Shown: piece by piece, positions 45,669-54,913 of the stretch
Position numbering within the stretch: the stretch's first letter is position 1
Layout of the letters: every line of letters begins with the position of its first letter
DNA from: an uncultured Acidobacteriota bacterium
GTDB taxonomy: Bacteria > Acidobacteriota > Thermoanaerobaculia > UBA5066 > DATFVB01
DNA length: 64,000 bases
Direction: 5' to 3'
Assembly: GCA_963813155.1 (NCBI GenBank)
Contig: CAWEYG010000003.1
Span: forward strand, 224,001-288,000
Program-made: the position numbers and the translations under genes
Notes under the pieces: model-generated
What the model was told of the DNA's origin: nothing
The model's input: the letters and a program-made list of their open reading frames with translations, nothing else
Database searches by the model: none

Positions 45669-46863
45669 TCTCGGTCGTCGGGCCTTCGACCCGGATTTTC
45701 CACGAATCGTGGTATTCCGGGCTCTCCACGGCGAGGGCCTCCGCGGTCGCTCGCAGCGGAGCGAACGTGTCGATCATCACCGCGAGCTCTTTCGTGGATT
45801 TCGCCCCGATCGAGGCCTCGTAGGCTCCGGGGTGGGGCCCGTGGGGAACTCCGGCCGGGTGGAACGAGATCGCTCCCGGGCCGACTCCCCGGCGGCTCGT
45901 GAAATTCCCATCGACGTAGAAGATGACTTCGTCGCAGTCCACCGAGGAATGCGGGTAGGGGCACGGGATCGCGTTCGGATGGGTATCGGTCACCCTCGGA
46001 ACGAACGAACAGATGACCGCGCCGCCCGACGCGAACGTGATGTGGATCGTCGGAGGGAGGTGAATCATGCCCGTCTTGGGCTGAAATTTCGCGATCGGAA
46101 ACGCGACGGGATAGACGTATCCGTCCCACCCGACGACGTCCAGGGGCGAGCCGGCGAGAACGCGCCGCGTCCAGGCGTCGTTCTTTTTCGCGAAGATCTC
46201 CCGCGGGACCGAGTCGGAATCGGAGGTGTCGGGCAGCGTGGGACGGACGAAATCGCGGTGGGTGTACGCCGCGTCCATCTTCAGTTGCCCGGCGTCGTTG
46301 CGGAACTGGGCCGGTACGTGAAAACCCCGCCGGCACTCGATGCCAAAGAGCCGGTTGGCGGGCCCGTCGAAGACGAGGCGGTGGATGCAGCCCTTCGGGA
46401 TGACGAGATAGTCGTGTTTCCGGAACGGCACGGTCCCGAACGGCGACTCGATGCGCCCCGAGCCCGCCTCGACGAAATACACGTCGTCCCCGTCGCCGTT
46501 GACGAAAAATGCGCTGTCCGAATCGGAGGGCCGCGAGACCGAGATCACGACGTCGGCATTGAAGAGGAGCGGGGTCCGCGCGTCGATCAGGGCCCCTCCG
46601 GCAGCCACCCGGTCCGAGTCGAAGAGCCGCCGGCGCAGAGTCGCGGGGTCGGCCGCGCCCGCCGGGCGGAGCGGGAATCCCCGCTCGGCCGGCTCCGTCG
46701 AAAGCTCCTGGGTCGGAGGCCGCCGGTGATAGAGGATCGAGTACGGCCCGTCGAATCCCAACCGAGTGAAGCATTCCTCGTAGAAGATCGCGCCCGATTT
46801 CGGATCGCGGAAGACCGTGTGCGGCTTCTCCGGAATGCTGCCTTGAGTCCAGCGGTCGATCAT
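45661..46863 (-). CDS. hmgA: Homogentisate 1,2-dioxygenase
   Basis: GFDGPYSILYH, NGDGD, LDVVGWDG, HLPPTIH, PYPHS, HPAGVPHGP. Confidence 0.9.
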   Translation of the reverse strand: MIDRWTQGSIPEKPHTVFRDPKSGAIFYEECFTRLGFDGPYSILYHRRPPTQELSTEPAERGFPLRPAGAADPATLRRRLFDSDRVAAGGALIDARTPLLFNADVVISVSRPSDSDSAFFVNGDGDDVYFVEAGSGRIESPFGTVPFRKHDYLVIPKGCIHRLVFDGPANRLFGIECRRGFHVPAQFRNDAGQLKMDAAYTHRDFVRPTLPDTSDSDSVPREIFAKKNDAWTRRVLAGSPLDVVGWDGYVYPVAFPIAKFQPKTGMIHLPPTIHITFASGGAVICSFVPRVTDTHPNAIPCPYPHSSVDCDEVIFYVDGNFTSRRGVGPGAISFHPAGVPHGPHPGAYEASIGAKSTKELAVMIDTFAPLRATAEALAVESPEYHDSWKIRVEGPTTEIT

Positions 46864-46893
46864 CCCGTCATTCTAGTCGGTTAAGATCGCCCC

Positions 46894-48102
46894 ATGAAGA
46901 TCCTCGTCGCGGACAAGTTCGAAGCCTCCGGCCTCGCGGGGCTGCGCGAGACCGGCTCCGAGGTGCTCTACGAGCCCGACCTGAAGGACGACGCGCTCGG
47001 CGCGCGCCTCGGGGAGACTTCCGCCGACGTGCTGATCGTTCGGTCGACGAAAGTGACGGCACCGATTCTCGAAGCCGCCCGGGGGCTCTCCCTCGTCGTG
47101 CGCGCCGGGGCGGGCGTCAACACGATCGACCTGAAGTCGGCGTCGCTGCGCGGCGTTTTCGTCGCGAACTGCCCCGGCAAGAACTCCATCGCGGTCGCGG
47201 AGCTCGCTCTCGGTCTCATCCTTTCTCTGGACCGGCGAATTCCCGAGAACGTCCAGCGCCTCCACGCCGGCGAATGGGACAAGAAGGAATTCTCGAAGGC
47301 GCGGGGCCTCTTCGGGCGGACGATCGGCATCGCCGGAATGGGGTCGATCGGCCGGGAAGTCGCGCGCCGCGCCCGGGCGTTCGGACTGCGCTCGCTCGCG
47401 TGGAGCCGGTCCCTGACCGCCGAAAAAGCGGCGGAGCTCGGCGTGGAGAAAGTCGACTCGGTCCACGACCTCGCGGAGAGAAGCGACATCGTGACCGTGC
47501 ACCTGGCGGCCGCCGCGGAGACGAAAGGCCTTTTCGGGCGCGAATTCTTCGCCCGGATGCGGAAGGGCGCGATGTTCGTCAACACCGCGCGAGCCGATCT
47601 CGTCGACGCGGACGCGCTCCTCGAGGCGATCGCCGAGCGGCAGATCCGCGTCGCGCTGGATGTCTATCCGAGAGAACCGTCCGTCGGCCAGGGGCCGATC
47701 GACGACCCCCTCGCGCTCGACAAGCGCGTCCTCGGCACGCACCACATCGGCGCGTCGACCGACCAGGCGCAGGAAGCGATCGCGGCCGAGACGGTTCGGA
47801 TCGTTCGCGAGTACCTCGAAACGGGGAAGGTCGAAAACGTCGTCAATGTGTCCCGCCGCCCTCCCGCGACGCACCTGCTCGTCCTGCGCCACCGCGACCG
47901 AGTGGGGGTCCTCGCGCACGTCCTCGGCGCCCTGAAGACCGACGGCATCTCCGTCCAGGGAATGGAAAACATCATTTTCGAGGGGGCGCAGGCGGCGTGC
48001 GCGCGAATCGAGCTCGACAAAGAGCCGGGGCCAGGCACCCTCGAGGCGATCCGCCGCGGCAGCGACGACATCTACTCCCTGACGGTCACCCCGCTGCGCT
48101 GA
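46894..48102 (+). CDS. D-3-phosphoglycerate / D-2-hydroxyacid dehydrogenase with C-terminal ACT domain
   Basis: RAGAGVNTID, GMGSIG, NTAR, LDVY, HIGAST, ACT HRDRVGVLA. Confidence 0.88.
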   Translation: MKILVADKFEASGLAGLRETGSEVLYEPDLKDDALGARLGETSADVLIVRSTKVTAPILEAARGLSLVVRAGAGVNTIDLKSASLRGVFVANCPGKNSIAVAELALGLILSLDRRIPENVQRLHAGEWDKKEFSKARGLFGRTIGIAGMGSIGREVARRARAFGLRSLAWSRSLTAEKAAELGVEKVDSVHDLAERSDIVTVHLAAAAETKGLFGREFFARMRKGAMFVNTARADLVDADALLEAIAERQIRVALDVYPREPSVGQGPIDDPLALDKRVLGTHHIGASTDQAQEAIAAETVRIVREYLETGKVENVVNVSRRPPATHLLVLRHRDRVGVLAHVLGALKTDGISVQGMENIIFEGAQAACARIELDKEPGPGTLEAIRRGSDDIYSLTVTPLR

Positions 48103-48108
48103 GCCGGG

Positions 48109-48309
48109 CTAGCCGAGCGTTCCGAGCGGCTCCCTCGGCATCACGGCCCACAGCACGAGGTACGCGAGGATCCCGGGGAAACAGTGGGAGAAAATCGAGA
48201 GGACCACGAATCCCACGCGTACGGCCGTGGGGTCCCACCCCGCGTTCTTCGCGATGCCGCCGCAGACTCCGGCGATCATCTTGTGATTCAGGGAACGGCG
48301 AAGAGCCAT
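48109..48309 (-). CDS. PspC domain protein
   Basis: LRRS...MIAGVCGGIA...DPTAVR...YLVLWAVMP. Confidence 0.9.
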   Translation of the reverse strand: MALRRSLNHKMIAGVCGGIAKNAGWDPTAVRVGFVVLSIFSHCFPGILAYLVLWAVMPREPLGTLG

Positions 48310-48330
48310 TTCGAGCCTCCCGATTCCTAT

Positions 48331-48356
48331 TACGAAAAACCGGGTTCGGAGTTCAC
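48331..48356 (-). promoter_or_regulatory. Putative ECF-sigma promoter for the pspC-domain gene
   Basis: GTGAAC-N16-CGTA on the minus strand. Confidence 0.55.
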
Positions 48357-48366
48357 CGGCTTTCCC

Positions 48367-49566
48367 CTACCCGACCGGGCGGCTCTCGTCGGCTCCGGGC
48401 GGGCGGGTGCCGGTTTCCTTCTGCTGCAGCTCGATCGACTCGAACAGCGTCCGGAAGTTGCCGTAGCCGAAGCCCGGGTCGCCTTCCCGCTGGATGACCT
48501 CGTAGAAGAACGGCCCCGCCTTCGTGTCGCCCCAGAGCTGCTGGCCGTCGCGCAGGAAGATCTGGAGCAAATATTTTTCGTTCTCCCCGTCCGCGAGGAT
48601 GTTCAGGCGCCGCAGATCGTCGATCGGCTCCTTGATACGGGAAACGTGTTTCTCGGAGAGCCACTTCGTGATGTTGTCGTAGTACGTCTGCGGCGCGTCG
48701 AGGAATTTCACTCCCCGGTGCTTCATTTCGTCGATGACCGGAATGATCTCCGGCACGCGCAGGGCGATGTGCTGGACGCCCGGCCCGCGGTTCTCCTCGG
48801 TGAAGATGTTCACTTGCGACTCGCGGAAGAACGGCTTCAGCGGCTCGTTCGTCGCGAATTTCAGCTCCGAGGCGGGGTCCCACATCACGATCGACTTCAA
48901 CCCGGACCCGTGCTCTCCCCCCTTTTTGACGTCCTCGGTGTGGAACTGGATGTTCCAGTATTCCGAGAACCCCATCACCTCGCGATACCAGAGGATGACG
49001 GGAGCCATCGTCTGGGCGTTCGACGTGATGTGGTCGAGGATCTGGAACCCGAGCCGGTTGTCCGGCGCCGACGACGAATCGTCCTTCGGGAGATCTTCGA
49101 ACTCGGGCGCGAAGCCCGCGTAGCCGCGCTTCTCGACGAACCGGTAGACGAGGTCGCCGAGCGGCGTCGCGATGAGGAACCGGCGGTACGCGCCCCCGCC
49201 GTCGTCGCGGTAGGTCTCGATGTCCGAGAGGAAAGTCGCTCCCCGGGGAGCCAGGAAATCCCACGCCTGGTCGATGTCCTTCACGCGGAAGGAGACGGAC
49301 GAAACGCCGTCGGGATGGTTCCGGAGGTACGTCGCCGCGCGTCCCCGGTTCGACAGGGGCGTCGAGACGACGACGCGGATGTCGCCCGCGGCATAGACGT
49401 TCGTCCGCTGCGCGCTGCGCTCCGTCAGGTCGGCGTCCGCGCGGGCGACGAGCGGCCAGTCCAGCAGCCGCGTGTAGAACTGATGGCTTCTTTCGATGTC
49501 GGCCACGAGGAAGTGAAAGGAATCGAACCCGAGCAGGCCGAGGCCCGCGGAACCTTGTTCGCTCAT
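48367..49566 (-). CDS. hppD: 4-hydroxyphenylpyruvate dioxygenase
   Basis: LDHIT, SGLKSIV, NEP, GPGVQHIAL, LLQIF, FFYEVIQR.G..GFGYGNF. Confidence 0.92.
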   Translation of the reverse strand: MSEQGSAGLGLLGFDSFHFLVADIERSHQFYTRLLDWPLVARADADLTERSAQRTNVYAAGDIRVVVSTPLSNRGRAATYLRNHPDGVSSVSFRVKDIDQAWDFLAPRGATFLSDIETYRDDGGGAYRRFLIATPLGDLVYRFVEKRGYAGFAPEFEDLPKDDSSSAPDNRLGFQILDHITSNAQTMAPVILWYREVMGFSEYWNIQFHTEDVKKGGEHGSGLKSIVMWDPASELKFATNEPLKPFFRESQVNIFTEENRGPGVQHIALRVPEIIPVIDEMKHRGVKFLDAPQTYYDNITKWLSEKHVSRIKEPIDDLRRLNILADGENEKYLLQIFLRDGQQLWGDTKAGPFFYEVIQREGDPGFGYGNFRTLFESIELQQKETGTRPPGADESRPVG

Positions 49567-49616
49567 CCGGTCAATCTACTGCCTCGCGAAAAGCGGGTCA
49601 ATGGCGAACGGTCGCC

Positions 49617-50354
49617 TCACGTCCCGGGGCCGCCCGTGACGAGGACGAACGCCTGATCGGCATCCGCCCAGGCGCGAAGCGACACTCCCGTCGCCGAGTC
49701 GCGGGTTGCGACCGCGGAGCGCGGCCAGGCAGCCGGGCTCGCGAGGTCCTGGCGCCGCGCGGTCAGGAGTGTCAGCGGCCGGGAGCCGGAGTCGAACGCG
49801 ACGAGAGCCGCGGGCGCTCCCGCGGCGGTCACCAGCGACGCGCACGCCCGGGCGTTGCGAGCCCCGGCGGGAGTCTGCGTCTCCAGGCCCGATTCGCGGC
49901 AGACCCAGGTGCGGACCTCGTCGGCGGAGCCGTCGCACATGTCGTACGCGAGCGCGCCCCGAAGCCGCTCGCGGTGAAGGCGAAGGGCGGCTCTCTCGAG
50001 CGGAGCGGCGATGGGGAGCGCCGGGTTTCCGACGCTTCCCGGCCCCGTCGTCCGCAGAAGCGCGACCGCGACGAGAAACGCCGCCGCCGCGGCCGCCGTC
50101 AAAAGGCGTGCCGCCCGCGGCATGGGCCCGCGCCGCAGGGCGGAGGCCGTGGGCCGCGGCATCGGAAGATCGGGAACCTCCGAGCGAACGGGGTTGCGCG
50201 CGAGGGCGACCACGCGCCCGATCGCTCTCGCCTGACGCTCGCACGAGCCGCAAGAAGCGAGGTGTTTCCTCAGAACGGCCGATTCGAGGGGCGGGAGCTC
50301 TCCGTGCACGAAGGCGGTCAATTTTCGAGAGGGATGTCGTTTCCAGAGGTCCAT
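49617..50354 (-). CDS. Zinc-finger (HxxxCxxC) transmembrane anti-sigma factor
   Basis: HLASCGSC motif, TM helix; directly downstream of the ECF sigma gene. Confidence 0.8.
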   Translation of the reverse strand: MDLWKRHPSRKLTAFVHGELPPLESAVLRKHLASCGSCERQARAIGRVVALARNPVRSEVPDLPMPRPTASALRRGPMPRAARLLTAAAAAAFLVAVALLRTTGPGSVGNPALPIAAPLERAALRLHRERLRGALAYDMCDGSADEVRTWVCRESGLETQTPAGARNARACASLVTAAGAPAALVAFDSGSRPLTLLTARRQDLASPAAWPRSAVATRDSATGVSLRAWADADQAFVLVTGGPGT

Positions 50355-50357
50355 GCT

Positions 50358-50946
50358 TCAACCTTTCCCGTTCGGCGTTCCGAGCCGGCTGGCCAGAATC
50401 GCGTGCGCTCGATGGAGCCGCGACGCAACAGTTCCCTTTCTGCAGCCGAGGGCCTCGGCGATTTCGTCGTAGGAGCGATCCTCGAGATAACGAAGGACGA
50501 CCGGCGCGCGAAGCCGAAAAGGCAGTGCGTCGATCGCGCGCCACAGGAGCCGCTTCTCTTCGCTCTCCGCGAAACGGTCGTCCGGGCGCAACTCGGGGCT
50601 CGGCATTTCGTTCAGGGAGTCGGCGGCGGGAACGAGCCGCCGGGAACGCCGCGCCTCGTCGCGCGCCGCGTTGACGACGATCTGCACGAGCCAGGTTCCG
50701 AACCGGGACTCGCCGCGGAACGTTCCGATCATGGGTGAGCAGCTTCAGGAAGACCTGCTGCGTGATGTCGGCCGCCGCGTGCGAGTGCCGCGTCAGGAAG
50801 AGGGCCGTCGTGTAGACGCGTTCCCGGTAGAGGAGGAACAGCTCCCGGAACGCGTCCCGGTCGCCCCGGCGGCACGCCTCCAGCAGTCCCGGGGCGGCTT
50901 CTTCGGGCCGCCCCGGTTCCGTCACGCGCACGGGAAGGGAGTCCAA
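50358..50946 (-). CDS. ECF RNA polymerase sigma factor (frameshift near 50733)
   Basis: GDRDAFREL, ADITQQVF, FRGESRFGTWL, SYDEIAEAL...GTVASRLHRA. Confidence 0.9.
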
Positions 50947-50951
50947 GGGGA

Positions 50952-51350
50952 CTACGGCCGCACGTCCGCTTTGAGCGTCAGCGCGACCTGCGGCCGCTCC
51001 GGGTCGTTGGAGACGACCGTGATCGTCTTCGTGATGGCCCCGCTGAGGTTCTTCGTTTCGACGGTCGCGTGAACGCTGCCGGATTTTCCCGGCGCGATCT
51101 CGCGGTCGAATGTCGCCACGGTGCAGCCGCAGGAGGGGCGGGCGTCCGAGATCCGGAGCGGCGCCGGCCCGGAGTTGCGCACCTCGAAGACCGCCTCGAT
51201 CTTCTCTCCCTTCCGGACGATTCCCGCGTCCCGGCTTTCCACCGGAATCGAAAGGTGCGGAAGGAGAACGGCGGGGTCGGCGCCCCGAACGGTGGCCGCG
51301 GCGACGAGGGCCAGGAGAACTCCGGAGAAGGGTCGAACGAATGTCTTCAT
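50952..51350 (-). CDS. DUF1573 Ig-like secreted protein
   Basis: Signal peptide; SCGCT; IAPG; VVSNDP; SD AGGAGG. Confidence 0.85.
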   Translation of the reverse strand: MKTFVRPFSGVLLALVAAATVRGADPAVLLPHLSIPVESRDAGIVRKGEKIEAVFEVRNSGPAPLRISDARPSCGCTVATFDREIAPGKSGSVHATVETKNLSGAITKTITVVSNDPERPQVALTLKADVRP

Positions 51351-51370
51351 GAAACCTCCTATGCCGATGA

Positions 51371-51396
51371 GACGCGGGAAGGAGGAGTTTCTTCCC
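51371..51396 (-). promoter_or_regulatory. Putative ECF-sigma promoter for the DUF1573-sigma-anti-sigma operon
   Basis: GGGAAG-N16-CGTC on the minus strand. Confidence 0.45.
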
Positions 51397-51403
51397 AGGA
51401 TTT

Positions 51404-52735
51404 CTAGGAGGCCCGCGCGGCGAGGTTCGCGGCCCCGAGAAGAGCTCGCAGCCGGGGCTCCGCCTCTTCGATGTCCCGCTCGGAGACCGCGCCGACCGAC
51501 AGCCGGAACCAGCCCGTTTCGGGCCGATAGCCGAACGCCTGGAAGGGGACGGCGGCGATCCCCGCCTTCTGGAGGAGCAGCTTGCGAATCTCCTCGTTCG
51601 TGCGGACGACCGTTCCCCCGACTTCCTGGCCCGCGAGGTCGAAGCGCGCGGAGAGGTAGATCGCCCCCTGCGGCTCGATCGCGTCGACCGGCAGACCCTC
51701 GCGCTTCAGCTTCGTGAAAAGAGAGTAGAGCCGGCGCAATCGCGCTTCGACTTTCGACAGGAAGTCGGACCGGTACGCCGCCACGGCTTCCGCATCGGCC
51801 AGAAACCGCGCCGTCGCGACCTGCTCGGGCTTCGGCGCCCACGCGCCGACGTGCCCCAGGATGTCCCGCATGCGCCGGATGAGCGCGGGCGGTCCGAGCG
51901 CCCAGCCGACGCGGAGGCCGGTCGCGGCGAACTGCTTGGAGATGCCGTCGAGCAACACCGTGTAGGGAAACATTTCGGCAACGAGCTCCGGCGGGCTCGA
52001 CCGCCGCGCGTTCTTCAGGTGAAGCGCCGAGTAGATCTGGTCGTAGAGAAGAAACAGGGCCTTGCGTCCCTGTTTCTTCCTTCGGGCGTTCTCTTCCAGG
52101 ACCATGACGCAGAGCTTCTTCAGGTCGTCCGGGTCCACGACCGTTCCGGTCGGGTTCATCGGGGAGTTCAGGACGAGCAGGCGGGCCTGCCGCAGGTGCG
52201 GTTCGAACTCTTCGGCCGTCGGGAAGAAACCGTTCTCCCGCCGGCCCTCGACCTCGACCGGGACGACTTCGAGGAGCTGGGAATAGTGGTTGTTGTTCCA
52301 CGAGGGCACGGAGTAGACCACCGTGTCCCCGCGGTCCAGGACGGTCCTGTAGGTGCCGTACAGGATCGGCCGGGCACCTCCGGCGATCAGGATGGATTCG
52401 ACCGGGTACCGGAGGTTCTGCTCGGTCTCGACGAACGCCGCGACTCGTTCGCGCAGGGCGAGAACGCCGTCCGACGGAGGGTAATTCGTCTGGTGCTCCC
52501 GGTACGCGCGGTCGATCTCGCGCTGCAGTCCCTCCGGAATCGGGAACTGATCCGGCGAGAAGTCGCCGACCGTGAGATTCAGGAGTTTTTCCCCGCGGGA
52601 AAGGGCCGCGCGCACGTCGGCGGCGATCTTCAGGATCTCGGACCCGATCACGCCCGTCGCGAGGGTCGAAAGCGAGGCATCGATCGCCGCGCCTTCCCCG
52701 AAGAATTCGGAAGCCTCCGTCGACGCGTTCTTCAG
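51404..52735 (-). CDS. PLP-dependent aminotransferase class I/II (start codon uncertain)
   Basis: [41 protein letters not shown]. Confidence 0.88.
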   Translation of the reverse strand: MKNASTEASEFFGEGAAIDASLSTLATGVIGSEILKIAADVRAALSRGEKLLNLTVGDFSPDQFPIPEGLQREIDRAYREHQTNYPPSDGVLALRERVAAFVETEQNLRYPVESILIAGGARPILYGTYRTVLDRGDTVVYSVPSWNNNHYSQLLEVVPVEVEGRRENGFFPTAEEFEPHLRQARLLVLNSPMNPTGTVVDPDDLKKLCVMVLEENARRKKQGRKALFLLYDQIYSALHLKNARRSSPPELVAEMFPYTVLLDGISKQFAATGLRVGWALGPPALIRRMRDILGHVGAWAPKPEQVATARFLADAEAVAAYRSDFLSKVEARLRRLYSLFTKLKREGLPVDAIEPQGAIYLSARFDLAGQEVGGTVVRTNEEIRKLLLQKAGIAAVPFQAFGYRPETGWFRLSVGAVSERDIEEAEPRLRALLGAANLAARAS

Positions 52736-54435
52736 AAGACCACCGGCTCCTCGTAGGTCGCGAAGACCTCGCGCATGACGTCGGAAATCTCGCCGACCGT
52801 CGCGTACGTCTTGACGGCCTCCACGAGCTCGGGCATGACGTTGCCTCCGTCGCGGCAGACCCGCCGAAGGTCGCCGAGCTTCGAGACGACGGCTTTTCCG
52901 TCCCGGCGGCGCCGGACCTCCGCGAGCGCCTTTTTCTGAATGTCCTCGGTCGCGTTGTCGATGTAGAGGATCGGCAGCGGCGGTTCTTCGCCGGAATCGG
53001 TGAAGTCGTTGACGCCGACCATGATCTTTTCGCCGTCGTCGAGAGCGCGCTGATACCGGTACGCGGCGTCCATGATCTCCCGCTGCGGGAACCCGGCCTC
53101 GATCGCCTCGACCATTCCCCCGAGCTCGTCGATCCGCCGGAAGTAGTCGAACGCGCCCTGTTCCATGCGGGTCGTCATTTCCTCGACGAAATACGAGCCT
53201 CCGAGCGGGTCGATCGTGTTCGCCGCGCCGGACTCGTGGGCGATGATCTGCTGCGTGCGGAGCGCGACCTTGACCGCGAAATCGGTCGGCAGCGCGAGGG
53301 TCTCGTCGAGAGAGTTCGTGTGGAGGGAATTCGTGCCCCCGAGAACGGCAGCGAGGGCCTGGAGGGCCGTGCGGACGACGTTGTTGTAGGGCTGCTGCGC
53401 CGTCAGGGAGCACCCGGCCGTCTGCGTGTGGAAACGGCACATCCACGACCTCGGGTCTTTCGCGCCGAAACGGTCGCGCATCGTCTTCGCCCAGATCCTC
53501 CGCGCGGCCCGGAATTTCGCGATCTCCTCGAAGAAGTCGTTGTGCGAATTGAAGAAGAACGAGAGCCGGGGCGCGAACTCGTCGACGTCCATTCCCGCGT
53601 CGATGCCGTACTTCACGTACTCCACGCCGTCGCGAAGGGTGAACGCGAGCTCCTGGAGGGCCGTCGAGCCGGCTTCGCGGATGTGGTAGCCCGAGATCGA
53701 GATCGTGTTCCATTTCGGGACGTGCTTCGCGCAGAACTGGAACTGGTCGGTGATCAGCCGCATGGAGGGGCGCGGCGGAAAGATGTATTCCTTCTGGGCG
53801 ATGTATTCCTTGAGGATGTCGTTCTGGAGCGTGCCGCCGACGCGGCTCCAGGGAGTGCCGTGCTTCTCGGCGACGGCGAGGTACATCGCGAGCGCGATGG
53901 GCGCCGTCGAGTTGATCGTCATCGATGTCGTCACCGCCCCCAGGTCGATGCCGTCGAACAGCGTCTCCATGTCGGCGAGGGAGTCGATCGCGACGCCGCA
54001 CTTGCCGACTTCGCCCTTCGCCATTTCGTGGTCGGAGTCGTAGCCGTACAGCGTCGGGAGGTGGAAGGCCGTCGAGAGCCCCGTCTGGCCGTGGGCGAGC
54101 AGGTATTTGAATCGCTCGTTCGTCTGGCGGGCGGAGCCGTATCCGGCGAAGAGCCGCATCGTCCACGGCTTGCCCCGGTACATCGTCGGTTGCACGCCCC
54201 TCGTGTAGGGAAACTCGCCCGGCCATCCGAGGTCGCGGTCGAAATCGAAGCCGGGCTGGGAGTCGGGACCGGCGAGCGCCGGGACTTCCTGGGAAGACAC
54301 CGTCGTGAAATCCGTCTTCCAGGGCGCCTTCTTCTCGAAGGCCTTCTTCGCGGATTGTTCCCACTGGTCCCGGCCGGCCGCCACGCTCCCGGGCACGAGC
54401 GGATTCCGGTCGTTCCCCGACTTTTTGTCGCTCAT
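52732..54435 (-). CDS. Methylmalonyl-CoA mutase family, large (substrate-binding) subunit
   Basis: [47 protein letters not shown]; no B12-binding domain. Confidence 0.93.
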   Translation of the reverse strand: MSDKKSGNDRNPLVPGSVAAGRDQWEQSAKKAFEKKAPWKTDFTTVSSQEVPALAGPDSQPGFDFDRDLGWPGEFPYTRGVQPTMYRGKPWTMRLFAGYGSARQTNERFKYLLAHGQTGLSTAFHLPTLYGYDSDHEMAKGEVGKCGVAIDSLADMETLFDGIDLGAVTTSMTINSTAPIALAMYLAVAEKHGTPWSRVGGTLQNDILKEYIAQKEYIFPPRPSMRLITDQFQFCAKHVPKWNTISISGYHIREAGSTALQELAFTLRDGVEYVKYGIDAGMDVDEFAPRLSFFFNSHNDFFEEIAKFRAARRIWAKTMRDRFGAKDPRSWMCRFHTQTAGCSLTAQQPYNNVVRTALQALAAVLGGTNSLHTNSLDETLALPTDFAVKVALRTQQIIAHESGAANTIDPLGGSYFVEEMTTRMEQGAFDYFRRIDELGGMVEAIEAGFPQREIMDAAYRYQRALDDGEKIMVGVNDFTDSGEEPPLPILYIDNATEDIQKKALAEVRRRRDGKAVVSKLGDLRRVCRDGGNVMPELVEAVKTYATVGEISDVMREVFATYEEPVVF

Positions 54436-54466
54436 TCGAAGAGAATTATACGTTACAGTGAAGAGC

Positions 54467-54913
54467 GTGTCGGGCGATCGAAAATACAGCCACCGGGGTT
54501 ACATGGACACCGGGCGAGAGCCGGGCCCGAGGTCGCGGGGTCCGATCGAGCCCGACCGATCTTCCTCTCCCGGAGCCCCCCGGGGGAGAAGCGCCGGAGT
54601 CGACAAGGACCTCGCGGTCGTCTGCAAGAAGTGCGGGACCCCCGTGCAGGGCCTCGACGAGATTTCGGCGGAAACCACTTGCTCGCGATGCGGACAGGCG
54701 ATTCACTCCTGCCTGCAATGCAACTTCTTCGATTCTTCGGCGCGATGGGAATGCTCGCGAAACGACCGGATTCCGGCGCGAATCGCCGTGAAGACCGCGA
54801 AGAACGAGTGTCCGGAATTCTCTCCCGCCGCGAGTTTCGACTTGACCGGACGAAAGGCCGCCGATTCACCGTCGGACGCGAAAAAGGCGTTCGAAGCCCT
54901 CTTCAAGAAGTGA
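54467..54913 (+). CDS. Cys-rich conserved hypothetical protein
   Basis: [11 protein letters not shown]...CKKC...CSRC...CLQC...C...C...[11 protein letters not shown]; GTG 7 nt after TACAGT. Confidence 0.78.
   Translation: MSGDRKYSHRGYMDTGREPGPRSRGPIEPDRSSSPGAPRGRSAGVDKDLAVVCKKCGTPVQGLDEISAETTCSRCGQAIHSCLQCNFFDSSARWECSRNDRIPARIAVKTAKNECPEFSPAASFDLTGRKAADSPSDAKKAFEALFKK

Noticed and set aside
51120-51136. Possible selenocysteine in the DUF1573 CGC motif
   Set aside because: Both codons are TGC (Cys), with no in-frame TGA.
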